Assembly (NCBI GenBank): GCA_025355005.1
Contig: JANXLV010000011.1
Span: forward strand, 1 to 50,171
Source: Myxococcales bacterium
GTDB taxonomy: Bacteria; Myxococcota_A; Polyangia; Polyangiales; Polyangiaceae
DNA: 50,171 nt
Direction: 5' to 3'
Part shown: piece after piece, positions 9,765 through 17,505 of the stretch
Layout: the number at the start of each line of letters is the position of its first letter
Numbering within the stretch: the first letter of the stretch is position 1
Made by a program: the position numbers and the translations under genes
The notes under the pieces: model-generated
Seen by the model: the letters and a program-made list of their open reading frames with translations, nothing else
Database searches by the model: none
What the model was told of the DNA's origin: nothing

Positions 9765-9800
9765 CCTGAATCGCCTGAATCGCCTGAATCGCCTGAATAC
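9765..9800. repeat. 9-bp tandem repeat cctgaatcg x3, plus a fourth copy cctgaatac
   Basis: Lies between the stop of the small lipoprotein gene and the start region of the 768-aa gene on the minus strand. Confidence 0.7.
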
Positions 9801-9806
9801 GCCAGC

Positions 9807-10028
9807 TCAGTTACAGCCGCAGCCGCCGCCGCCGCCGCCCACGCCGCCAGCAGCCCCTTCGGAGACCGCTCGCACGTGCTCGTCCAGGCCGATCGAGGGA
9901 TCGTCCGTGCTCATCGTTGGGTGAGCGAGGATGCCGCGCTCGTACGGTGCCACGTGCGTGCACGCCGTCCCAAGCGCTGCAATGAGAAGCGCTCCTGTGA
10001 GCGTGATGAGCTTCCTTGCTTTGGTCAT
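9807..10028 (-). CDS. Small lipoprotein (73 aa) with C-terminal GGVGGGGGGCGCN tail; DUF4266-like
   Basis: Only the last 73 codons of ORF 9807..10754 are credible. ATG is preceded by AAGGTGAT. Lipobox LGTAC-T. The mature peptide is ~50 aa and ends in a poly-Gly run followed by CGCN. Immediately upstream of, and co-directional with, the beta-barrel gene. Confidence 0.65.
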   Translation of the reverse strand: MTKARKLITLTGALLIAALGTACTHVAPYERGILAHPTMSTDDPSIGLDEHVRAVSEGAAGGVGGGGGGCGCN

Positions 10029-10368
10029 GTCGATCACCTTTTCGCCTGGTTCGTTTGGGTGGAACGCGCCCCCAGTCGAGAGTAGCAGCGCCCCCACTTT
10101 GCTGTCAGTGGTAAAAATCGATCCATCGGACTTGCTGTGGCTTGCGGCGGGTTTTTGCCGCTGATTCCAGCCGCTCCATCCGCCGCGCGAGGTCAACACG
10201 AGAGGCGAGATGCACACGAGACGCTGAAGTGAGCGACGCCGCGCCGTTGATCCGGAGTGGCCTCTCGGCCGTAGAAGAGACCAGGAATCGACACGTGGAG
10301 CAACATTCACAGGTTCTCCGAAACGACTTGCGCAAGGTCGTGTTTGCTTCCCACAATGAGGGGCCGCC

Positions 10369-10959
10369 ATGAAACGAATTGCCGCACTCGTGTTTTTCGG
10401 CGCCTCGGCGCTGGCCTTCATCGTCCACTGCAGCGAGCCCGTGCACGAGTGCGGAAAGGACGTCAACTGCGGCGACCCTGGAGACCTGTCTGGCAAGACC
10501 GCGCCAGGCCCGCCCAACGCGCAGGGCGCTGACTCCAACAACAACAACACGACGGCAGGCGCCGACGCGAGCATCGCGAACCTCTGCGCGCCGCTCGCCG
10601 GCGACGGTGGATGCAGCATCAGCTTCACCAAGGACATCCTCGGGAAGAAGCTCGGCGCTGCGGGAACGTGGGGATGCGCCGCGTCCGGCTGCCACGATCC
10701 GCAAGGCGGCAGCGAGCCGAAGATCAACGTCGACGATCCCTCGTTCACGTACAAGCACCTTTACACGAACGGCGCGGGCGGCCTGCCGTACGTCAATCCG
10801 TGCTCCACCGATCCGGCGAAGAGCGCCTTCGTGGGCAACCTGTCGAACCCGTCGACTGCGGGCAATCACATGCCGCTCGGCAACACGGCGCTGCCCGCCC
10901 AAGCCGACATCGACACGATCATCAAGCCGTGGATCCAGTGCGGCTCGCCGCTGAACTGA
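10369..10959 (+). CDS. Secreted Cys-rich protein with CX4CH motif (GCAASGCH), unknown function
   Basis: ATG preceded by GAGGGG. N-terminal signal peptide. Ten cysteines. Its C-terminal region resembles the CXnCH domains of the genes at 1080 and 6076. Confidence 0.65.
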   Translation: MKRIAALVFFGASALAFIVHCSEPVHECGKDVNCGDPGDLSGKTAPGPPNAQGADSNNNNTTAGADASIANLCAPLAGDGGCSISFTKDILGKKLGAAGTWGCAASGCHDPQGGSEPKINVDDPSFTYKHLYTNGAGGLPYVNPCSTDPAKSAFVGNLSNPSTAGNHMPLGNTALPAQADIDTIIKPWIQCGSPLN

Positions 10960-11037
10960 GCTGACCCGCAAGCCGCCCCACGCAAATCGACGCGCAAATC
11001 GACGCTTGCCGCGGGCTGCTGCGCTAAGGTCTCCCGC

Positions 11038-11823
11038 GTGGAAAGACTCCTCGCACGCCTCGAACGCAAGGTCGGCAAGTACGCCATCCCGAACCTGACG
11101 AACTACATCGTCGGCGGCATGGCGATGGTGTTCGTCCTCGGCTTCGTACGGCACGAGTTCATCGCGTGGCTCACGCTCGACATGGACGCCGTACGCGAGG
11201 GCCAGGTCTGGCGTCTGGTCTCCTATCTCTTCATCCCGCGCAGCATGTCGCCGTGGTGGGGAGTGATGTCGCTCTTCTTCACGCTCTTCGTGGGCCGGAG
11301 CCTGGAGAGCGAATGGGGCGCCTTCAAGTTCAACGTCTACTATCTCGTCGGGATGATCGGGACCACGGTCGCCGCGGTGATCGTGGGCCATGGGGTCGGC
11401 AACGAGTGGCTGAATCTGTCGCTGCTCTTTGCGCTGGCCACCGTGTTCCCCGATCACGAGATCATGATGCTGATCCTGCCCGTGAAGGTGAAATGGCTCG
11501 GCCTCCTGTCGCTCGCGTTCTTGCTGTACGCAGCGGCAACGGGTGACTGGGCCACGCGTGCGGCGATAGCCTGTGCGCTGTCGAACTACCTCGTGTTCTT
11601 CGGCGGTCACTGGCGTGCGCGCCTTCGCGATCGCAATGTTGCCGTACGCCAGGGAGCCCGTCGCGCAGGCTGGAAGGAGAGCGCGCCACCAGCAAAAGCC
11701 GAGGGCAAATCCTGCGCGATCTGCGGAGCACGGCAGGACGACGGCGCCGACATCCGCGTGTGCTCGTGCGAGAAGTGCGGGCGTCCGCGCTCGCTGTGTC
11801 TCGAGCACGCCAGGAACCACTGA
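11038..11823 (+). CDS. Rhomboid-like polytopic membrane protein (canonical catalytic Ser/His apparently absent) with C-terminal CxxC...CxxC zinc ribbon
   Basis: GTG start. Motif QVWRLVSYLF.. and TM spacing resemble the rhomboid core. GMIGTT occupies the place of GxSG. C-terminus CAICGARQDDGADIRVCSCEKCG. Stop is 6 nt before the HK start. Confidence 0.55.
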   Translation: MERLLARLERKVGKYAIPNLTNYIVGGMAMVFVLGFVRHEFIAWLTLDMDAVREGQVWRLVSYLFIPRSMSPWWGVMSLFFTLFVGRSLESEWGAFKFNVYYLVGMIGTTVAAVIVGHGVGNEWLNLSLLFALATVFPDHEIMMLILPVKVKWLGLLSLAFLLYAAATGDWATRAAIACALSNYLVFFGGHWRARLRDRNVAVRQGARRAGWKESAPPAKAEGKSCAICGARQDDGADIRVCSCEKCGRPRSLCLEHARNH

Positions 11824-11829
11824 GCGCGC

Positions 11830-12882
11830 ATGACGACGGAGACATCGCGCACGAAGAGCGAGTCACCGCCCACGGCTCGCGTGCGGCCCACGCGCAACTG
11901 GCAGCGCCTCGGCTACCGGCGCATCGTGCAGCTGCTCGTCTATCTGGTCATCATTCCGACGGTGCTGCTGCTCGCGATCGGCATCATCACGTTGTTCCTC
12001 GAAGGCCGCATCAACCTGGTCTTCGGGCTCTTGACGATCAGCTTCGTGGCGGTCGTGGTCACGGGCGTCGTGCTCGTGATCGTGTTCGTCAATCGCGAGG
12101 CGAACCTCTCCGAGCTGCAGGCCGACTTCGTGTCCAAGGTGAGCCATGAGCTCCGCACGCCGCTCACCGCCATCCGACTCTTTGCGGAGACCATGGAGCG
12201 GAACAAGGGCGATCAGGAGACGATCGATCAATGCTTGCAGCTCCTCGTGGGCGAGTCCGAGCGGCTCACGCGCCTGATCGAGCGCCTCCTCGACTGGGGA
12301 CGCATGGAGGCCGGTCGCAAGATCTACGACCTGCGCACCGAGAACGTGCAGGACATCGTGGACGACGTGGTGCGCGCCTACGCTCCGCACAAATACGCCG
12401 ACGACGCGCTCACGTTCGAGACCCAGGTCGCGCCGCACCTGCCATGCGTGCGCGTGGATCGCACCGCCGTGGTCGATGCGCTCGTCAACTTGCTCTCCAA
12501 CGCGCGCAAATACGGCGGCACCCCGCCAGTGGTCACGCTCGATGTGAAGCAGAATCCAGACGGCGACGTGGCGTTCGAGGTCACGGACAACGGCGCTGGC
12601 ATCGACCTCGCCGAGCAGCGCCGCATCTTCCAAAAATTCTACCGCATCGACGATCGCCTCTCGCGCACGCGCGAGGGAAGCGGACTGGGCCTCGCGATCG
12701 TGAAGCACATCGCGCGCGCGCACCACGCAGAGGTCGGTGTCCGCAGCGAAAAAGGCAAAGGCTCAACCTTCAGCTTGATCCTGGAGAGGTCCATCAGTAG
12801 TCAGGACACTGACGCGCGGGGAAAGGGCGCGCCTGCACCCCCCGATGACGCAGACGAACGCGAAGACAAAGCCAAAGCATAG
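11830..12882 (+). CDS. Sensor histidine kinase (two closely spaced TM helices, no periplasmic domain)
   Basis: H-box ELRTPLTAIRLF. N, G1 and G2 boxes (DNGAGIDL, GSGLGLAIV). Two TM helices separated by a very short loop. Confidence 0.9.
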   Translation: MTTETSRTKSESPPTARVRPTRNWQRLGYRRIVQLLVYLVIIPTVLLLAIGIITLFLEGRINLVFGLLTISFVAVVVTGVVLVIVFVNREANLSELQADFVSKVSHELRTPLTAIRLFAETMERNKGDQETIDQCLQLLVGESERLTRLIERLLDWGRMEAGRKIYDLRTENVQDIVDDVVRAYAPHKYADDALTFETQVAPHLPCVRVDRTAVVDALVNLLSNARKYGGTPPVVTLDVKQNPDGDVAFEVTDNGAGIDLAEQRRIFQKFYRIDDRLSRTREGSGLGLAIVKHIARAHHAEVGVRSEKGKGSTFSLILERSISSQDTDARGKGAPAPPDDADEREDKAKA

Positions 12883-13552
12883 AGTGCTCGTCGTCGAGGA
12901 CGACAGCAGCATCTCGCTTGGCCTCCGCATCAACCTCACGAGCGAAGGCTACGACGTGCGCATCGCCGACGATGGAGAGCGCGGGCTTGAGCTCGCGCGC
13001 AGCGAGCGCCCCGACCTGGTCATCCTGGACATCATGCTCCCGAAGATGAACGGGCTCGAGGTGCTGGACACGCTCCGCAAGGAGGGCTTCACCATGCCCA
13101 TCATCGTGCTGTCCGCGCGCACGGGAGAGATGGACAAGGTCACGGGCCTCGAGCTCGGTGCAGAGGACTACGTCGCGAAGCCGTTCAGCCTGGCGGAGCT
13201 GCTCGCGCGGGTGAAGGCAGCGCTTCGTCGCAGCGCGCAGCCGTCGCGTGCAAGCGCCGTCACCTTTGGCGACGTCCTCGTGGATGTGGATGCGCGCACC
13301 GTGCGCCGTGCGGGTGCAGAGGTGGAGATGACCGCCACCGAGTTCGACGTCCTCGTGTTCCTGCTCTCGCAGCGCGGCCGTGTGCTGTCGCGCGACGCGA
13401 TCTTCTCGCACGTGTGGGGACCGAACCATCACGGCACGCCGCGCACGATCGACAACTTCATGCAGCAGCTCCGCGCGAAGCTGGAGATCGACCCGACCGC
13501 GCCGAAGCATTTCCAGACCGTGCGCGGCGTGGGCTACAGATTCGACGGATAG
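12845..13552 (+). CDS. OmpR/PhoB-family response regulator
   Basis: Receiver motifs (VLVVEDD, DLVILDIMLP, KPF). Winged-helix output domain (TVRGVGYRF). Overlaps the HK end by 38 nt; alternative GTG start at 12884. Confidence 0.9.
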   Translation: MTQTNAKTKPKHRVLVVEDDSSISLGLRINLTSEGYDVRIADDGERGLELARSERPDLVILDIMLPKMNGLEVLDTLRKEGFTMPIIVLSARTGEMDKVTGLELGAEDYVAKPFSLAELLARVKAALRRSAQPSRASAVTFGDVLVDVDARTVRRAGAEVEMTATEFDVLVFLLSQRGRVLSRDAIFSHVWGPNHHGTPRTIDNFMQQLRAKLEIDPTAPKHFQTVRGVGYRFDG

Positions 13553-13572
13553 GCTCCGCCAGGAAAGACAAC

Positions 13573-14040
13573 ATGGACGCAAACCTCCTTCGCCAGTACC
13601 TCGCCACCGTCTACGAGCTCCCCACCGTCAACGGGCCCCTCCGTGCGTCCATGGACGGGGATATCGTGACGGATCCGTCGACGCTGCCCGAGCTCCTCAC
13701 GAAGCCGTTCGTGGTCCTGACCGCGTTCAACCCGCGCTCGATGCTGCTGCCGCGCAAGGTGAACGACGCGCGCCACAACGTGATGCGCGATCTCCTCATC
13801 CTGGGCTGTTACCGCGTGGAGATGTGCGTGGGCTACGAAGAGGATCCGGAGGGCACGTGGCGCGAGCCGTCGTGGCTCGTGCACGGCATGGAGCGAGACG
13901 AGGCCGTCGCGTTCGGCCGTGTTTTCCGCCAGAACGTGATCATCGCGTGCCGCAACGCCCGACCGGAGGTCGTGGTCACGGACCCCACGTGCGACGAGCT
14001 GTCGAAGACCATCGTCGGCAACTGGCGCGTGCGCACCTGA
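13573..14040 (+). CDS. Conserved hypothetical protein, DUF3293-like
   Basis: Internal ATG (MDANLLRQYL) 21 nt after the RR stop, by codon arithmetic. Motif VLTAFNPRS resembles the ITAWNP signature of DUF3293. High GC3. Confidence 0.55.
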   Translation: MDANLLRQYLATVYELPTVNGPLRASMDGDIVTDPSTLPELLTKPFVVLTAFNPRSMLLPRKVNDARHNVMRDLLILGCYRVEMCVGYEEDPEGTWREPSWLVHGMERDEAVAFGRVFRQNVIIACRNARPEVVVTDPTCDELSKTIVGNWRVRT

Positions 14041-14077
14041 GCCCGCGCGCTCCCGTTCGGGCCGCGGATAAAGGTGT

Positions 14078-14341
14078 ATGATGCACTTGTCTCCCGCGGA
14101 GATCTCCCTTCTGCGCGAGGTCCGTGTGTCGGACGAGGACCACGGCGGCCTTCGTGCGTCCGAGCTGGACGCGGAGGAGCTCGCGCTGCTGACGCGGCTG
14201 TGCGACCTGGGCCTCGTGGAGGTGCTGATGGAGTACGGCGAGGCTCCCGATGGTGAAGAGGACGAGCGCGACGCGGGCGACAACGGGAACGCGTACCGCA
14301 TCACGGGCGCCGGCGTGGCGGTGCTGCGCGAGCTAGCGTGA
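14078..14341 (+). CDS. Small acidic hypothetical protein (87 aa)
   Basis: ORF with high GC3, following the DUF3293-like gene. No recognisable motif. Confidence 0.4.
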   Translation: MMHLSPAEISLLREVRVSDEDHGGLRASELDAEELALLTRLCDLGLVEVLMEYGEAPDGEEDERDAGDNGNAYRITGAGVAVLRELA

Positions 14342-15127
14342 GAAGCGGACGCTCTTGCCTGGACTGCGCATGAAGAACGAGCCGCGATCCGCCGATGCGA
14401 TCACGGCGATGACGGGATAGCCGCCAGTGGTCGGATGGTCGGGCCCGAGCACGATGGGCTCGCCCGACGGCGGCACCTGGATCGCGCCGCGCACCATCGG
14501 CGCCGATGGGAGAGGGTCGTCGCCGACGCGCTGTATGTGCGCGCCCGTGAGGAGCACGCCTGCGCGGTCGCGTCGCGCTCCGATGCGCCACGTGACATCC
14601 GTGAGCTTTGCGAGTCCGCGCTCGAACCGCGCCACGTCGGGGCCGGCGAGCACGCGAACCAGCGCGGTGGCGCTCGGCGCGTCATCGAGCGAGGTCTCCT
14701 CTGACACCGCTTCGCCGACAGGCAGCACGTCGCCTTTCGCGAGCACGCGCCCATCATGTCCGCCGAGCTTCGCGACGAGGAGTGTGCCCCGCCCGCCGAG
14801 CACGACGGGCACCGCGAGTCCTCCGCGAACAGCGAGGTAGCGAACGTGCGGACTGGGCGCGAGCACGAGGGTCTGACCCGCGTCGACCTCGTGGGAGTGT
14901 CCGTCATCGGTGCCCATGTAGAGCGCGTTCTCCGCCCGAACGGTGATCGCACCCACGAGCTCGATGACCGCCTCCGACGCGCGATTTCTGGCGGCGGCGT
15001 TCGCGCGCGCGCAGAGCTCTGGCACCAGTGCACCGCCCACGGGCACGCCCATGTGCATGAACCCCGGGCGCCCGAGGTCCTGTACGGTGCACAGGCCTGC
15101 CACTTGGAGAACGGAGAGATGGTTCAC
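14333..15127 (-). CDS. pxpC: 5-oxoprolinase subunit C (PxpC / KipA / allophanate hydrolase subunit 2 family)
   Basis: C-terminal 265 aa of ORF 14333..15802 match the KipA family (HLSVLQVAGLCTVQDLGRPG..., GGYPVIAVI). Start set to GTG 15125-15127, which forms a GTGA overlap with the upstream stop. The upstream 220-aa extension is Arg-rich junk. Confidence 0.8.
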   Translation of the reverse strand: MNHLSVLQVAGLCTVQDLGRPGFMHMGVPVGGALVPELCARANAAARNRASEAVIELVGAITVRAENALYMGTDDGHSHEVDAGQTLVLAPSPHVRYLAVRGGLAVPVVLGGRGTLLVAKLGGHDGRVLAKGDVLPVGEAVSEETSLDDAPSATALVRVLAGPDVARFERGLAKLTDVTWRIGARRDRAGVLLTGAHIQRVGDDPLPSAPMVRGAIQVPPSGEPIVLGPDHPTTGGYPVIAVIASADRGSFFMRSPGKSVRFSR

Positions 15128-16416
15128 GGCGCGACCTCGAAGCGCACGCGATCGCCAAGAGCGAGCGTGGCCCCGCGGCAGGGATCCCACGCCACGAAGT
15201 CCACCACGCGGCCCAGGAGGTTCCACCCGCCAGACGACGCGAACGGATAAATACCCGTGTAGTGTGCAGCTATTCCCACGGCGCCTGCAGGCACGCGCAC
15301 GCGGGGCACCTCTCGCCGCGGCACCCGCAGCTCTTCGGCGAGGGAGCCGAGATAGGCGAATCCAGGCAAAAAACCGACCATCTGCACGTCGTAGGTGGCC
15401 AGCGTGTGGCGAGCGATCAGCTCCGCTTGCGTGAGGCCGCAGGCGCGCGCCACCTCGGCGAGATCTTCGCCGTCGTAGCGGACGCGGACCACGTGCGTTT
15501 CCGGCGTGGCTGCGTTGTCCACGCCTCCCTTGCCGGGGCCGTCCGTGGCCGCGCCGAGCGCCGCGTGCACCGCGCCGAGGTCCACGTCCCCGTAGATCGC
15601 GACGCCCGCGTCCGTGATCACCACGTCCTCGGCATGGGGCAGCGCGCGCAGCCGAGAAAAGAGCGCTCGCACGTCCGCGCCCTCGGGAAGCGCAGCTACC
15701 CACGCGCGGTCCCCGAGCTGCGAGAAGCACGCGAGCATGTCCAGCTCCGCCCGCACGGCCCGGGCGATCGCGAGCGCGCCCGGCGAGTCCCCGTGCACGC
15801 ACAGCGTGTCCATCGCGCCGCCGAGCGCGAGCGCCCTGGCCTTCTGCGCAGCAGCGCCCGGCTCCGCGATCAGCGCGCCGGGCTCTCCGCGGGGGACAAG
15901 AGAGCCATCTGCGCGCGTACCACGATCGGCAAAGCCCTCGCGCGCGTAGCCGAGGCCTGCCTCACGCGCAGCCACGGACAGCGCGCCCTCCGCCGGTCCG
16001 ACGATCACGATCTGCGGATCCAGCGCGTTCTTCGCGGCCTCCACGATCGCGCGGGCGAGCTCCAGATCGCGGTTCGCGGCATGGTAGAGCGCGCCGTGCG
16101 GCTTCATGTGAAAGAGGCGCATGCCGCGCTGGTCCGCGAGCTTCCGTAGCGCCGCGCACTGTCCAAAGACGGCGGTCGCGAGGATCGGAACGGGCATGTC
16201 CACCTCGCGCCGGCCAAAGCCCTCCCGGTCCCATGTGGACGGGTGCGCGCCCGCGCGACATCCGTGCAGTTTGCACATATCCAGCGCGTGCCCCATGGAC
16301 ACCAGGTCTCCTGCATGACCGCCGCACGCGATGCTCACGCCGTGCGCCAGGGCATAGAGCTCAGGCGCCTCGTCCGGTAGCTCGCCTGCATCCACGTTGA
16401 GCCAGGGCCCGCGCAT
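15124..16416 (-). CDS. pxpAB: Fused 5-oxoprolinase subunits A+B (LamB/YcsF PxpA domain N-terminal, KipI PxpB domain C-terminal)
   Basis: N-terminus LNVDAGE...IACGGHAGD...HGALYHAA matches the LamB family. C-terminus HVVRVRYDGEDL...MVGFLPGFAYLG...YPFASSGGWNLLGR matches the KipI family. Confidence 0.85.
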   Translation of the reverse strand: MRGPWLNVDAGELPDEAPELYALAHGVSIACGGHAGDLVSMGHALDMCKLHGCRAGAHPSTWDREGFGRREVDMPVPILATAVFGQCAALRKLADQRGMRLFHMKPHGALYHAANRDLELARAIVEAAKNALDPQIVIVGPAEGALSVAAREAGLGYAREGFADRGTRADGSLVPRGEPGALIAEPGAAAQKARALALGGAMDTLCVHGDSPGALAIARAVRAELDMLACFSQLGDRAWVAALPEGADVRALFSRLRALPHAEDVVITDAGVAIYGDVDLGAVHAALGAATDGPGKGGVDNAATPETHVVRVRYDGEDLAEVARACGLTQAELIARHTLATYDVQMVGFLPGFAYLGSLAEELRVPRREVPRVRVPAGAVGIAAHYTGIYPFASSGGWNLLGRVVDFVAWDPCRGATLALGDRVRFEVAP

Positions 16417-16434
16417 CGACTACAGTCTACACGG

Positions 16435-17505
16435 GTGAGCCAGAGAGCCGCATTTCCGCCTCCTCCGCGTGGTCTCCGTGGACGCCGCGCAGAGCTCAAG
16501 ACGCTCGCGCATGCGCTGACACCGGGCGCACGCATCGCGCTCGTGGGCTCGGGCGGCAGTGGCAAGTCGATGCTGGCGGCGGCGCTCGCGCATCGCGTGG
16601 CCCCGCGATTCGGTGGTCGGCTCTTCTGGTTTCGCATCGGCGCATGGGACTACCGCACGCTCGTCGAGATGCTCGCGCTGCGCTTCGGGACGACGCGTGA
16701 TCGCGCGAAGGTCGTTCGCGGTCTGTGCTCGGCGCTCGCGGAGCCGAGCCTGGTCGTGCTGGACAATCACGAGGACGACGCAGCCACGGCGCGCCTTCTG
16801 ATGGCGCTCGCGCCTTCGCCCACCACGTTCATCATCACCGCGCGTCGATGTCTGTTGTCGGGCGTGCTGCTCTTTCCCGTGACGGCTCCCGAGGTCACCT
16901 CCGGAGAGAGCGCATTTTCCCGGGTGGCGACGCTGACGCGGCGTCTGCGGTGGAGCCCGCTCGCGCTCGACATCGCGGACGCGTTCGTGGCCTCGCGCGC
17001 GACGACCGCGCCGGCGCTCGCGCAGTTTCTGGACGCGCACGGCGTGTCGGACGTGCATGTGATGGAGCACGAGGACGATCTTCCGGAGGTCGCGCTCCTC
17101 GTGTCATGGGCATGGTCGCGGCTCTCCGCGGGGAGCCGCCGCGCGCTCGGGGTTCTCGCGCATGCGTTCGGGGACGACACGGACGTGGCGTCGCTCATGA
17201 AGCTCGCACGCACGCGCGACGCGGCGGACATCAGCGCGCTCGAGGGGTGGCATCTGGTGCAGGAGGTGGCGCAGAACCGCCTCACCGTTCACGCGGTGGT
17301 GCGACACGCGGTGAGGAAGCGCACGCGACCCATGCCGGAGGTCATCTTCGAGCACTACGTTTCGATGCTCGAGCGCGACCCGTCGCGCGTGCTCACGGAG
17401 CAGACGCACCTCTTCGCGGCCATGGACCACGCCCACCGCGTCTCGGACATGCAAGCCATGCTGCGCGTCGAGAAGCTGCTCTCCCGCCTCGAACAGAGCG
17501 CCTGA
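16435..17505 (+). CDS. P-loop NTPase (short STAND/NB-ARC-like or AAA-like), unknown function
   Basis: Walker A LVGSGGSGKS. Walker B-like LVVLDNHED. High GC3 from about 16480 onward. The only in-frame starts are GTG 16435 (18 nt from the divergent pxpAB ATG) or a GTG inside the P-loop. The N-terminus is uncertain. Confidence 0.55.
   Translation: MSQRAAFPPPPRGLRGRRAELKTLAHALTPGARIALVGSGGSGKSMLAAALAHRVAPRFGGRLFWFRIGAWDYRTLVEMLALRFGTTRDRAKVVRGLCSALAEPSLVVLDNHEDDAATARLLMALAPSPTTFIITARRCLLSGVLLFPVTAPEVTSGESAFSRVATLTRRLRWSPLALDIADAFVASRATTAPALAQFLDAHGVSDVHVMEHEDDLPEVALLVSWAWSRLSAGSRRALGVLAHAFGDDTDVASLMKLARTRDAADISALEGWHLVQEVAQNRLTVHAVVRHAVRKRTRPMPEVIFEHYVSMLERDPSRVLTEQTHLFAAMDHAHRVSDMQAMLRVEKLLSRLEQSA

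Noticed and set aside
10029-10754. Upstream 242 codons of minus ORF 9807..10754
   Set aside because: No start context, and low-complexity Pro/Ser/Ala translation. The credible gene is the terminal 73-aa lipoprotein, which has a good SD and a lipobox.
10105-11820. 571-aa minus-strand ORF
   Set aside because: It is antisense to three well-supported plus-strand genes (secreted CX4CH protein, rhomboid-like protein, HK start). The translation is Arg/Ala/His-rich with no motifs. This is a typical high-GC antisense artefact.
15128-15802. N-terminal extension of the pxpC ORF (489-aa version)
   Set aside because: The extension overlaps the pxpAB coding region in another frame and is Arg/Gly-rich. 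KipA homology begins at the GTG overlapping the upstream stop.
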